From Tubulanus polymorphus (Eukaryota > Animalia > Nemertea): DNA of 64,000 nucleotides. The position numbers and the translations under genes are program-made. How positions within the stretch are numbered: the stretch's first letter is position 1; each line of letters opens with the position of its first letter. Location: positions 22,466,210 to 22,530,209 of the forward strand of contig NC_134030.1 of the NCBI RefSeq assembly GCF_964204645.1, in the 5' to 3' direction. Below are positions 13,150-27,100 of this stretch, one piece after another. Below the pieces are notes generated by a model. That model saw only the letters and a list, made by a program, of their open reading frames with translations, had not been told where the DNA came from and searched no databases.

Positions 13150-15851
13150 ATTCAAGTCAATATTTTCCTTTATCTATAACTGATAACAAACACGAATAGA
13201 CAAAACAGTTTTAGCTTTTGTATAAATTTCGCTGTTTTAATTGCTAAAAAAATCTAACAGAATGTTCGTTGTCGTAAAGGAGTATGTTGTATATTTCTGT
13301 CAGGTTGCTAAAAACAATCCTCGAAAATGAATATTAACCACCTGTCTCCAGCGTCCTTAGGGAACTCGATGAAAACTGAACTGTCATCGATATTTCATCA
13401 AATTTAGAATCGTAGATTTTCTTTGTAAAATACACTTTCCCAATTGGCGAATACTTTGAATAATCGAAAGACCATATTACTATAAAGTCGATTAAAAATT
13501 GAGTACAGAATCAGGGATACATTTATATATCATCCAAGCAAACTACTCAAGCAATTCAAACGCCATTTAACAGTAAATTTGGATATAAAAACTGTGATGT
13601 GCCTTGTAGGCCAAATCTTGACCGGTCGGTTTAAGTTTTTTTCCTATGTGTGTGGCTTGTAATGCTATGTAAATGAAACGAGTTGGAAAACTGTTGATAA
13701 AAGCTATTAACTATTCAAAACATTGTGTTTACAAATCGTGTATGTTCCCGGTGTTATTTTACTTACGGTTTTTGGCAGCGAATTTCACGATATGTTAAAT
13801 GATTATTTTACCGGAATTATATATATGCGTGGTATCGATTTTGCTTGAAAACATGTGCATCAAAAGCAAACACGAAAAATGCTTTACTGTCGCTTAATTA
13901 TGAAAATTGATATCCCAAATAAAGTGTGACTGGGTGACCAAAACTTTAAGCTATTTACTTCATTAGGCTCAATTTATAATACTACATTTTCTATTTAAAT
14001 GCGTATCTTTTTGAATGATCTTTTATGATTTAATTGTTGATAAAGAAAAAGACACACTAGTTTTTTTTGGAGGAATTATTCAATTATCAAACGTGTCAAT
14101 CTGCTTCTGGGGCGAGACGTTCCATTCTTCCCATTTTCCAACCTCGATACTCCATATACTTCACGTGTGTTCGGGACTACATCTTTCGACATTTTCAATT
14201 GGCCCTTACGGGCTCCCATCAGGGCCGTTTCTAGCGTTTGAATTGTATGGGGGCAGAGAAACCCGAAAAGGGCAGTTATATAGGATGTATTTGCAAAAAG
14301 AGCACTTTTCCAAAATTTCTAGGGGGACAATATGCCCCCTTGCCCCCAATATAAGGAGTTGTATCATTGCCCGTCCCGGCTCCCAAATCCGCGACCTTGA
14401 GAAATGATCGTATGTTAGTTTCTATTCCTCACAGATTTTCTGTTTGAAACATTGGCTTTCCACTAGTAATAAAAATAAAATGAAATAAAAGAAATGATGA
14501 TAATAATAATCGTTATATTAATGGTAATAACAAACATAATTATCATAATCAGTAGTAGTACATAGTGACCAACAATGAATCTTTTTCGAGAAAGACAGTG
14601 ATGAGGGAATTGCTGATATTTCTATCGAAGTTTCTATATATAATTAAATGTAGTTTATCTAAGGTTCGTTTCCTGAATAGATACGAAAGAGATTTGATGC
14701 GGGACGACAGTCGGCAGTGTTACGCCAGGTGCGTGGCATCTGAGCAAGAAATGATTTGCTATAAAATTTGTATTTGTGAAAAGCAGCTCTGGGATAATTT
14801 AGTTGTCTGGTGTTATGATGATGGAAGTAAGAGTTCTGCTGAAACATATTTACTAGGTGAATACACAATTAACGCCGTACAATATCAGTCAGCATACTTT
14901 CAGAGATTAAAAGTCGACAGATTCAAATCGGTAGTTTGAGTGTCTACGGATTGTTAGGTTACAGTTGGTAGTTAAAGTCTGCATTTCATATATAATTACA
15001 ATTCAAATGGAAGATTATTGAAGAATATCATATGATATGTCTGGTATCGATTATGCGTGAAAACATGCGTCGTGAGAGCATACATGGGTGAATAAACTTT
15101 GTAAGGTATTTACTTAATTCGAGCAAATACTATGTATGAGACAGCCGTTGTCTCAAGTTTTAATCAATAATACCAAATAATAATGAGAGATATTCCACTA
15201 TATATTCAGCCAAAATGTTCTACTGTAAAATTATATATTTCGAGCAACGTTTCGGCTTAATATATACTATTAGCCATCATAGGCGTACCGTGGGAGGTCC
15301 GTGTGTTATAAGTGATAAACAAGCATTGCTATTGGTAAATTCTGGTCACCCTGATTGCGGAGGAGCTGTGATTAGTATCAGATATAATGATTAGGGGTTT
15401 ATAAGATCATCCGCGTATAGTACTGGACTCTACAGACAGTTAGACATGGGAGATGCATCAAGTGTGTGACAGCAACACTGTAGCTATCCGTCACTGGGAT
15501 AACAGTAATGAACAGAACACATTGAGAGTTTATAGTATAAACACTTTTCCCGCTCTTAGGCACCAGCTGGTTTTTAGGATTGAAGTATTGAGACATTGTA
15601 ACCGCTAAGAGTTGGTATCGAGTAGAACAGATCGCAACTCAGCAATCATTATTCTATATATCATAATTTTAAAATGATACAGTTTTACAGCAAACGCCAA
15701 GTTTCATTAATAACGAGACAGGAAGACTTGGTGTCACGTGACATATTTTAACTTTCATAAAATAGTAATTAACAAAAATCCATGTTACGAGAAAAATACC
15801 ACAATAAATTCAGCCAAAACGAGAAACTTGAGTAGGAGAGTATATGTATTT

Positions 15852-15891
15852 GCGCAACGTTTCGGCTAAAGACTATTAGCCATCGTCAGGC
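15852..15891 (-). ncRNA. Minimal hammerhead ribozyme motif
   Basis: Minus strand GC-CUGACGA-U-GGCUAA-UAGUCU-UUAGCC-GAAA-CGUU-GC; followed on the plus strand by a truncated inverted copy (15891-15942) of the same family as 31936-32159. Confidence 0.62.
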
Positions 15892-17515
15892 CTGATGATG
15901 GGATTTCTCTCGTTTTCATCATATATTGTGTATCTTCTCGTCTAATCCATAAGGTTGGTTTTAATGATTGGTTTTTTCAACTCGCTTGTTCAATATTTGG
16001 ATTATACCCGGCCTGTAAAATTCGTGGGTAGTCAATATCGATATGAAACGCATGTATCTTATCGTCATGACGATGTAGCGAATGCCTATTATATGTTAAA
16101 AAACTACTCCGATTTGAAATGTTGTCTTAAAAAAAACTAGGGGTCCAGTGCCACTTGGATCAGAAGAAGTGCTTGACGATTCCACCATTCAACAACCCGA
16201 TGAACGAATACCAGAAACAAATGACCTTTAAAACTCATCACAATAATCTGGGCCTAGATCTGAATGTGATAAACCGACTGAGTGACCGGTGCTTGTGGGC
16301 GGGTTAGTGTGGACTGCTGTGTGGACTGCTGTGTTTCAGGGCATTGCTGCTGTCTGTGCCCACCCTCCTCGGCAAAGTCTGGCCGAACACATTTTTCACA
16401 AATGGTATGCCGTCTAGGTTCCGACATGACTACCTAATTCATTTTTGGCATTTTCGGAGGAAATGTCTGGGGTACTGCCATCAGGGGGTGGCATATGTCC
16501 GGAATAGCACGGGAGCTACGCTATTGGGAAATTTTGTACTTAGTACAATAGCAACGCTATTCTCAAATTCATCTCGGAAATCTCCGTCAGTCCAGAGTGA
16601 CGTCATCCTTAACGATCGACGAATGTACCACTCTGATGATTCGTTATATTGTATAATTCTAACACAAAATAAATTTTATTTCAATCATTCAAAATAAATG
16701 TATAAATGGAATCAGGTTTATCTTATAAATATCTAGAAATATATATTTGCTGCTACAGTCAAACTCGCTGCTGAAGAAATCGCCGACTTATTTCACTTAA
16801 TAAATTTAATTTGAAATGAAATTAGGACTCAAAAATAGATATGACTTTCAGTAATGTGACGACCTATAAAATCAATGACTTGAATTGCGAATAGAAATTG
16901 GGACTGAAAAATCATAGACGACTCCACAGTAATGTGGACAACTTATTCTTAGTGATTTCAATAGCAATCTTGTCCAGGACAAAAAATATTGACCACTTAT
17001 CCGATGACGACTTAAAACCGGGTTTGACTGTATTTTTGGACGGTTCGAAAAATGTAGCTGTATAAAAATTATGCTTTCTTCAGCTGTAACTAAACTCACA
17101 AGGCCTACAGTAGGCCTACTATCTGTGTGTAAAGACACTGTAGGACGTGGACGGCGGAATGATAATAAGAGACTGACAATATTCAAATTCTACCACTTTC
17201 CCTCACAACAACACATTTTACAGTCGAGGATATATGAATATTTTTCAATAGTAAATGTTGTTCTTTCGATCCCCCCTTTATAATCTTAAGTTTTAAGCGT
17301 CATAGGAGAAACTGATTTTAACCCCCTCTCCTCGGTTTGCATTTTTTAAGAAAATAATCTCCTTTAACTTTGAAACTTTGAATCATTGATGTAAATTGAT
17401 AAAAAAAATAAATACAGATTTAATTCGACATTGAAAATAAATAAATGAATTTCACTTTGATGGTTTTGTAATATTTTGACACTTTTCTCTAAATTTTTTG
17501 TATCACTTTGTTGGT

Positions 17516-18103
17516 TTAAACCTTGGGATCCTCCTGTTGTTCTTCATGCTGGCCATCACCAGTCACCTTGACATCCAGTTTGAAGTCAACTCCTATATTC
17601 TGTTGGTAACTCAGGGAATGAGTTGAACTTTGAGGCGCATTTGAGGTTTCATGCAGATCACGCTCTGTAGATGGGCTTAGCCCAGACTGATCAGGCCCAG
17701 CCAAGAGATCAGGCTCCGCAGATGGTTCAGGCTCTGTAGATGGGATTGGCCCAGATGGTTCAGGCCCTGCTGAAGGATCAGGCTCAGGAGACACTTCAGT
17801 CTCAGCAGATTGTTCTGGCCCAGCCAATGGTTCAAGCTCAGCAGATTGTTCTGGCCCAGCCAAAGGTTCAGGCTCAGCAGATGCTCCAGGCTCAGCAGAT
17901 GCTTTAGGCTCAGCATATAGTTCAGGCTCAGCAGATTGTTCAGGCCCAGCCAATGGTTCAAGCTCGGCAGACTGATCAGACCTGGCAGACGGTTCAGGCT
18001 CAGATGTGTCAGGTCCAGCAGATGCATCAGATGCGATATTTTTGCTATCAGTTTGAGATCTGGGAGTTGTATCTGATTTTGTAGCATCTGTCTGAACTTT
18101 ATC

Positions 18104-18145
<42 letters not shown>

Positions 18146-21100
18146 TGCATCTGACATCTCCGAGGATTTACTGCGATCCGTCTCCGGGACGACCGAATGG
18201 CGGCTGCTTCTCTCTGATTTCACCGATCCGACCTCCGAACTCTTTCCAATCGATTGTCGCGATCCACGATTAAGACTCGGGTTGCTATGGTGGCTGACAT
18301 TACTGCGGCGACTCGCTTTACTATGTTGACTCGCGTTACTATGACGACTGACGTTACTACGACGACTAGCAGCCGACACACGAGCACTATTGTTGGAATC
18401 GATCTCGGCGGCGACCGGTTTGTCGCTCGTCGATTTGTCCGTCTGCTCAGAACGAGTCGTGCTGCCTCCTGCTCCTTCCGGCTCCTCATGATCCTCGTAA
18501 CTCATCTGCTCCTCATGATTCTGCGTCTGGTCCTCATCAGTCGTCTGCAGCTGATTCTCAGAACTCGAAATCGTTTCTTTCGATTGCCGATTATTTCCGA
18601 ACTGAGCTTCGACGTCTACTGAAACTTCATCGAGGCCGAAATGCTGCTCGCGTCCAAGTTGTAATCCAGGGGGCAGCGGTGTTCCCTTCGGCGTGTAGAC
18701 TATATTCGACAGTTGCGATTGTTGCGACGAGTATTGTTTCGAAACGGTCAGGTTCGATTTCGATTGGTCGTTACCGCCGCTGACGTTCGTCTCTCGTTCG
18801 TCGTCGAGAATTTCCGACTCGTAATCGGGAATTTCTGGTGAAAGCGCCCCCTGGTGTTTCCAGTATCGTATCATTTTCGTTCTTTTTGGCGTGTTTTCAG
18901 GAATTCCTTAATTAAACAAATTAAAAATGATTTTTTATTAGTTCATTATAGAAAAGAATAGATTGAATGCCAGTTCTATAAACCTTGGGCTGGTTCCATA
19001 GTTATGAATTATAGTTAACTCTGTGTTAAATCTTAAAGTGGAACTGGGTCCTGGGGTCAATTGGTCTTAAGTCTCATGAGTAGTCTTAAATTGCTAGATT
19101 GGCCTTAGAACTAAGACAAGTCTAAGACTTTGGGGCCAGTTGACATGCCATGACTTAAGTGGTCTTCAATCTTAAGACTGGTCTTAAGCTGCTAGATTGG
19201 CTATAGAACTAAGTTGGTCTTAAAGACTCTTCTTAAGTCTAAGCCATGAGTATGCAACCGGTCCTTGAGCGTAAGTTTCTAAGCCATGACTTTGGAATTG
19301 ATCTCACGATTCGCTGCCAAAGTTCTTGGTTGAAATATGGCTTGCGGGTTAAAACACTGCAAATAAAACTAGTTTCGACTTTTTAAAGTCTAACTAAACC
19401 TAGAACGGATGGAACCTGGTGGGTCCTGAGTGTGTTTAGTGAATTATACCTGGATCAATGAGTAATGCAGTTCCTGCTTGAATCCATTCATCAGTAGAAC
19501 TGTCTTCGACATTCAGTGGTAACGTAAATGCACAAACTTGTCGAGCCTACAACAAAATTTATACATGTGTGAAAATCATTGTTCATTCAATATGCAATTC
19601 ACATCATTTTGGCAGAGGCCATATCAATAAGGGTTGAATTGGAGATTGTGCATTTCATTATGATTTGAAGAATAGTTAAAATTCTACCTTGTTCATGAAA
19701 ACTGGACAGTAATATTTGTGAGCAGTCTCAGATTCGGTAGTTGTTGATATTTCACTTTCGTGAACAGCTTTCACGTACAGCATCGGTATAGGATTGATAT
19801 CACTTCTACAATAACACACAGAGAAACAAACATGCAATCATTCAGTTTACTGTTGAAAGATATGTCGTTATTAGCCGAGTTATTTTGCTAAATTAAGCAG
19901 AGGCAATAGTTGAGTCTACTGTAGATCAGAGACAATCCCACAGTCTACTGTAGATCAGAGACAAGCCCACAGTCTACTGTAGATCAGAAACAAGCACTCG
20001 GTCTACTGTACATCAGAAACAAGCACTCAGTCTACTGTAGATCAGAAACAAGCGCTCAGTCTACTGTAGATCAGAGACAAGCGTAGAGTCTACTGTAGAT
20101 CAGAGACAAGCGTAGAGTCTACTGTAGATCAGAGACAAGCGTAGAGTCTACTGGACCCAGTTCCACAGTTCTGAGTTAAGATTTAACTCAGAGTTAACTT
20201 GAAAATGAACTAATTTTAACTCAGAGTTAATTCTAACTCACAACTGTGGAACCGGGTCCTGTAGATCAGAGACAAGCCCACAGTCTACTGTAGATCAGAG
20301 ACAAGCACTCAGTCTACTGTAGATCAGAGGCAACGCGCAGTCTGAGTCTACTGTAGGTCAGAGAAGCAAGCGCACTAGCCACTTCAGTAACGATAAATCT
20401 TACCAAGTCATCATCATGGAGACAGTCGTCATTTATAGATTATCATAATTTTACTGACTCATAATCATAATTCTACTGACTCATACAGACGAGAGGAATG
20501 TTTTTAACTTACTCAATGGAATGTGATAGACGTAATGTATTATTATCCCAGTCAGCTCCTTGTAAGTATAACTCAGTAACAAACACTCCGGCTTCATCTT
20601 CCATTTCATCGGTTAAATTCTCCTCTCTTTCAACCACATCACACGTTAGAACAATCTACAAGCATATATCATCAACGAAATATTAATGTCACATTTCAAC
20701 AGAGGAGGGGGCGGTCATATCGACCCTTCCACAAAATATGGCTCACTGGTAGACAAATTTATGATATCATTGGGTGACTGGGCAACCATATTCTACAGAA
20801 ATGCATCCAATCACTAGTAGGCAAGTTGATGATGTCATAGGGAGATCTATGTAGGCAGACATCTTTTCTGGAAGTGTCTATAGATCAATTCGCTAGTAGG
20901 GAGTTTGATGATGTCATGGGGTGACTTATAGAAGCAACCATATTCTCACCGGTAATGTATCAAATGATAAGGGTGATTTATGGGATGCGGCCATGTTTTC
21001 CTACCTGATCTGCGGTGCAGCCTACGATGACAGCTTTCTCTTGTCTAAGGGCGGTGAATAACGATTGTGGATTGACGAATCCTCCTAACCAGACGGACTG

Positions 21101-24100
21101 TACGCGACCGTGAGGAGGTGCTTTATTCAGATCACTAACCGATGAAACCATTCCATATTTCACCCAGTAACGCATCTGATCGTAACGTTTCTTCACATCT
21201 ACAACAAAATAACCAAAATATCATTAATTTGTATCAAATGTCGATCTGGGCCCAATCTATATACCGGGTAACCATGGTTTGAATTTGATATTAGGCAATC
21301 ACAACTTAATGGTCTTTAATCTACGCGATTTATTATGCACAATCTGGTTTTAAATTTAGCTCAAGAACCAGGGGCCGGTTGCATAGTCATGGCTTAGACT
21401 TAAGACCAGTCAAAGACCAACTTAGTTCTATAGCCAATCTAACAATTTAAAACCACTTTTAGACTTAAGTCACGACTGTGCAACTGGCCCAAAGATACTA
21501 AGATATAATATCTATGTGATAAGAGTCGATAAACTTTTTAGTTACAATTCAATTTCAGCTATCACTGTATGACATTCATCCAGCAGTTTAACTTGAACTA
21601 TTGAGCAACTGTGCCCAGGTTTGACTTGATAAACCCTTCAATCCCACCCCTTGTTTATATAGCAACTTTGACCGGACAGTATTTTGTTATTTAGGTAGAT
21701 GTATATGATTTTCTGGTATCTACCTGTAAGCCACGTGAGTAACGTATGGGTGCACGGTTGACTGTTCGGATGAACCCACGACACCGGGATATTCTCACAC
21801 TGTAAACTACGCGCGGTTTCTACGAGCGTCTGCTGAATCGAATCTGGTCCCGTCAACAAACACTGCTGTAACTCATAGATACACTGTCTAACGTGACACA
21901 ACAACGAATTCATCCATAAACATTCCTGAAATAACGAACAAAATTACATCGTTTTGAAATAGAAAGAGCGAAATAAGTTAATAGCAAATGCAAAGAAATA
22001 GAAAGAATAAGAAATAACAAAAAAAGTCTATGACAGCTTGACACGTTCGCTGGGCCCAGTTTCACGAAATAGTTTAAGCCTAAAACTGTTAAGTTTGAAT
22101 TGTTGTCCTCATTGAAAACATGAAGTAACCATTGGCAATTGCAACAAAAATTTGAGTTTAACGAAACCGAGCCCTGCTGGCTTAGAATCTTGTAGCTGAT
22201 TCTTCCTATTTACAGTAAGATATTTGCACACGGGAATTCACAGTTCCGGATTGGCTGGCAATTTCAACAATCTCAGCTTCATTCTCACCGCTCATTGGTC
22301 AATTTCGAGTAAAGCCTGACTATATTACAGCTCCAGTGAGGATAATCGCAGAAACTGACATACAAATTATCTATTGATTATCTAGGACTATCCAGGTTAT
22401 CATCATGATCATCTAGGGCTTTCCAGGTTATCATCATGATTATCACCGGCACTGAACGATGCAAGATTCGACTAAAATCTTTTTTCCAAAGAACTAAAGA
22501 CGTACCTGAAGTAGGACGTATCCTAGTGATTCGGGCATGATGGTACTGGCGACGGTCGCGTAGCTGAGAACACTCGGTACGTGGTACGGGAAATCGTAAC
22601 GTTTCGTTTCGCCCGGTAATTTCGAACGTTCTCCCAACTCTAACAGCGGCGGTAACCGATCCAGACACAAGTCCAATGACGTTCTCAATCGATACATGTT
22701 TATCTCGTTAAAAGCGACGGTGGCGACTTCTCCGTCGTCCAGTTTAAACGTGTCGTATAGTCTGTTCAACTGTTCTATGAATTCATGAGCGCTGCAAATA
22801 GAATTAACATTTATATCAGTTTGCAATATATAGACTTCATTTAACATGTGCATGTGGGTCAACAGTAAACATGTGCATGTTTATTAGCGCTCAAGGTTCC
22901 TGCTCTTCATAATCGACGACCAAATTCCAAGACCTTTCTTCCCAATTTACAATTTTATTTCCTGACACTTCACTCTGAAACTTTCCGCATATTGAGGGAT
23001 CTCGTCGGAGATGATGATTATTAGGGCCAAAAAAAAATTACTCAATAAAGACTAGAAAACATGATAATATTGTTATTCCCTACATCCCATGACTTTTACT
23101 GACTCCAGTGCTATCTAAAGACTTCGAAATTTTCTGACTTTCAAAAACCTGGAAAACTATTTTCAAATTCTCTGATTTTGGGAAATTTTTGCTGACCGCA
23201 GGAAGCATGGATGGTAAACAGTGTATTGATATTGATAGAGCAGTAATTTACCAGCCGTCATTGAAGTGTTTTTCAGCGCTGTGATGCATCGCTAACCCGT
23301 CGACGCTGGCCGTATCACACGTAGACATCTTCTCATCCAACCAATCAGCAAATCCACTCGGCACTGTAACAATATTACAACACTAAATAGATACAGTCAT
23401 TTACTATAACTCGCAACCAACTACAGAACCATTAGATAAGATATCTAACTTGATTCAGGAGTGCATAAGTGCGCCCAATGACCCAGTTTTTAAGTTCTGG
23501 GCAACTGTACAACTTGAGCTTTGGGCAGAAGATCGTCATTAGTTCCAAAGCCAAGCTGATAATGTAAAACTAGTCTTAACTTTTAAGAACACTTTTAGTC
23601 GCGACATGCAACTGATCCTTGGGCTATAAGGTTAAGGAGGCGTGGTTTCTGAGATTTCGAAACAGATGAACTTACCGATATCCTTCGGCGGTTTCGGTAT
23701 TTCCATGTTTCCCAATCGGATGCTGTTTGAACCGTTTCCGATGTTGCGTAACACGTAACCAACAACGGAATCGATGTAATCTCGATCCCAGTCGGAACAC
23801 ACTATATTTCCGTAAATCACCTGCGGAAAAAGTTTTATTTGAGAATTAGAAAGTGGGTCAGTTTTGATGGATAACTTAGGTAAGTGGTTGGATTTTTGAT
23901 TCTTGCCAATGCCCCATTTTTACTTTAGCCATCGTACACGGGCTGCAGTTGCTCAAAAGTTGGTTAAAGATAACCGGTGGATGAATACTATAGCAACAAT
24001 GAACTTTGAATTGTCGCTATGTCAACTATCCACTGGTTAACTCGTAACCAACCTTTGAGTAACTTAATGACTACACCTGGGTCAAATTTTCTTTTTTTCG

Positions 24101-27100
24101 TATCATTTGCCCTGGAAACCAAGACCCCAAAACTCCGGACCCAGACTCACTGAGTCAATGTTGAAGTTGGTTTAGACAAAAACTTAATATCGAATGAAAT
24201 GAAAAGTAAACTATAACTTGAAATGATGAATTCAGAAAATGCTGGAGTCAGTTGCACAAATGTTTCCTAAAATATCTAACTAGCAGGACCTTGTTTCCAA
24301 AGTTGTGAGTTAGATTTAAGTCTTCATCACTTTCAAATATTCAACTGACTGAGCTAATTCTATGAATGAAGATATGAACAGCTCGGTCATGATGAATGTT
24401 GTATGGAACTATGCTGTTTTAAATTGTCATGTATCCACTATGTACAACTTTTGAACAACTGACCCTGAAAACAATATTTCAACATCGAATTGCCACCTTT
24501 GTATTGTGTTGTATTGACGTTTCATCTTTCAATAGTTTGTTGTGGCTGGAAACTTGATATCTCAGTTTTATGATCGATGAGTGATACCTCTACCGGAACA
24601 GAACAAAATGTTAGAACCAACAGGTTTTATATCTGAGTGTGAAGCATTTCTGAATAAGAGGGGGCTTTTTCTTGACAATAATGGAGACAGCATTCCGAGG
24701 ACTGTTCCATTGACAAATAATAGGGTGGCCAGTTTTCCCTGATTTTTCCATGTGATAATTCAAAATTCCCCCTGAGTCACAATGGGAGGAATTTCTAGGT
24801 TTAAAATGTTACAATTAATTCATTTTTCATTGAATCACGTATCGATAAAGAAACACATTACATCATCCAAACTCCTATTCCAAGTTTTTAGTAAAATTTG
24901 TTAAATTCCTTGATTCTTCCAGATTTTCCAGGTTAAGACAATCATTCACAATGAAGAAGGGATTTCATTGACAATCAGATGATGGGTTTACGATAACGCA
25001 AATAAACTTACTTTCGATATTTTATCCCAGAGGGCGTTGACGTCTGCCTCTTGTTGAAGTTTCGCCGCGTCGAGTACGACGAGCGCCGCCTGGTGGATGT
25101 GTTCCGCACTAAACGGATACCACTGACTCAAACCGCGACAACCGAACATCTGCCTCGCTTTCAACATGCCGTGAATGATGGCGAGTCCGTAGAGTAACCG
25201 GTGTGAGTCGGCGGACTGACCGTCGAATTCCTGAACGAACTCAACCGGTAGAGTTCGTAAACTACTCGATATAGCTACAATTACAACATCAATGATGTCA
25301 TAGGGGGATTTATGGAGGCAGACATGGAATCTAGTTGGAATTTAATGGTGTCATAGGAGTAGTTTTGAAGGCAGACATCTTTTCTGGAAGTGTCTATAGA
25401 TCAAATCACTAGAAGGCAATTTGATGATGTCATAGGGGGATTTACGGAGGCAGACATCTTTTCTATTCTAGAAGTGTCTATACATCAAATCACTAGTAGA
25501 CAATTTGATGATTTCAGAGGTAGAGTCCTGGAGGTCAATCTTTAATTGAATTATCTATGATAAGATATAATCTTATGATGTCGCCCACAGAGGGATTTAT
25601 GGAGGCAGACATCTTTTCTGGGAAGTCCAGTTTAATGCTGAAATGTATTTCCTGAAATTGCAGCTACAACAAACAATATTTACCGATGGTGAGTATATTT
25701 TTCAGACTCGGATAATTCAGATTGAGAGTTGCCTCCTCCTCTTGCTGCTGCTCTTGCTGCTGCTCATCCTTCATCAGATCCAGCGTGATGCTATCCCACG
25801 CCAGTACGTGTAGATGCTGCAGCAGGTTGTCAGGGATGCTGTCGCTAGGTTCACTGACGATCCAAACACAGAATTTGCTGCTGCTGCGTTTTCCGTCGTC
25901 CAAACCTTCTACAAATACAAAAATTCCCACAATCCTCAAAAACTACTTCCACGTTCAGCGGCAAGAATTCCTGCCAATATGATTGTAATGTTTCTGAATT
26001 CCTCTAGATGGCGAATTGGTGCAAAAATACATTGTCGCTTCACTTCAAGATTAACAGTTTTCAACAGGGGTTCCATACATACCTCTAACTCTATTAACGC
26101 GATAAAGATGATAATACAGTTCTCTATAGAACTCAACCGGTGCCAGATGCAAGTCCTCAATAATCACCCAGCTATCTTCCTTCTCGGCGGTATCTATAGC
26201 GACGTCGACTCGCAACGTTAAACCTTCCGTTATTTTCACTGTTTCCACATTTATCGAACATTCCTACAAAATAAAATAATTTGCTGAGTTTTTTTTAGTT
26301 TTTTCCCGATTCCTTGATTTGTCTAGATTTTTCTGATTCCCAGACTTTCCAGGTCAGTGGCGCCACTCTGATTGTACTTACTTTAGCGAGCTGTTCCAAG
26401 ATGGCCACCGGAGACTGCGTCAGTTTCAAACTGGAGACGGTATGATGACTGTTCTGTACAGGAGGTAACAGCACTAGGATCCCGTATTGACGAGACGCGG
26501 CCATCGTTTCCATGATACTGTGCAGGCGCGGGCTCGACCCCGTCGATTTGATCGCCAGGTGGCGCTTCAGATATTTCAACATGGCCGTCGGTAATCGATC
26601 GGGACGCAGCATACGAATTATTATCAACTGATGCACGTCCGATAAACTATTTTCAGCGTCCAAATTATCATTTTTACCTGAAATCAAGAGAACAATATCA
26701 TTCAATGAGGATTCTGCAGTCAACTGTGGCAAGTGAGGATCCACCAGGTGTCGTTACTGTGAAGTAGGACACTGAAGTCAGATATCTACTTAGATTCAAT
26801 AGAAATCTATCCGTAATTCCTGAATTCAATCATTGTCAAAAAAAATCGATATTGGAACCCTAAACATCAATCTCAGTTTATCTATACTAGAGATGGGATT
26901 TGTCTGGATTTTTCAAATGATGGGCTGAAAATCTAGGAAATACAAAAGTTAACCAGAATTTTGGCGATTTTTAAACTGCGAATTAAATCTCATTCTTACC
27001 GCGATCTTTGCCAGCCCCGGTCGCGGACGATGTTGGATTATTTTCAGAGATGGGGATCGGTTCGTTTTCGGGTTCTTCACTCTTGTACCAGGTTCGCCAG

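Noticed and set aside
17677-18622. Leu-rich and other ORFs overlapping the last dynein exon
   Set aside because: Alternative frames or antisense of the low-complexity coding exon.
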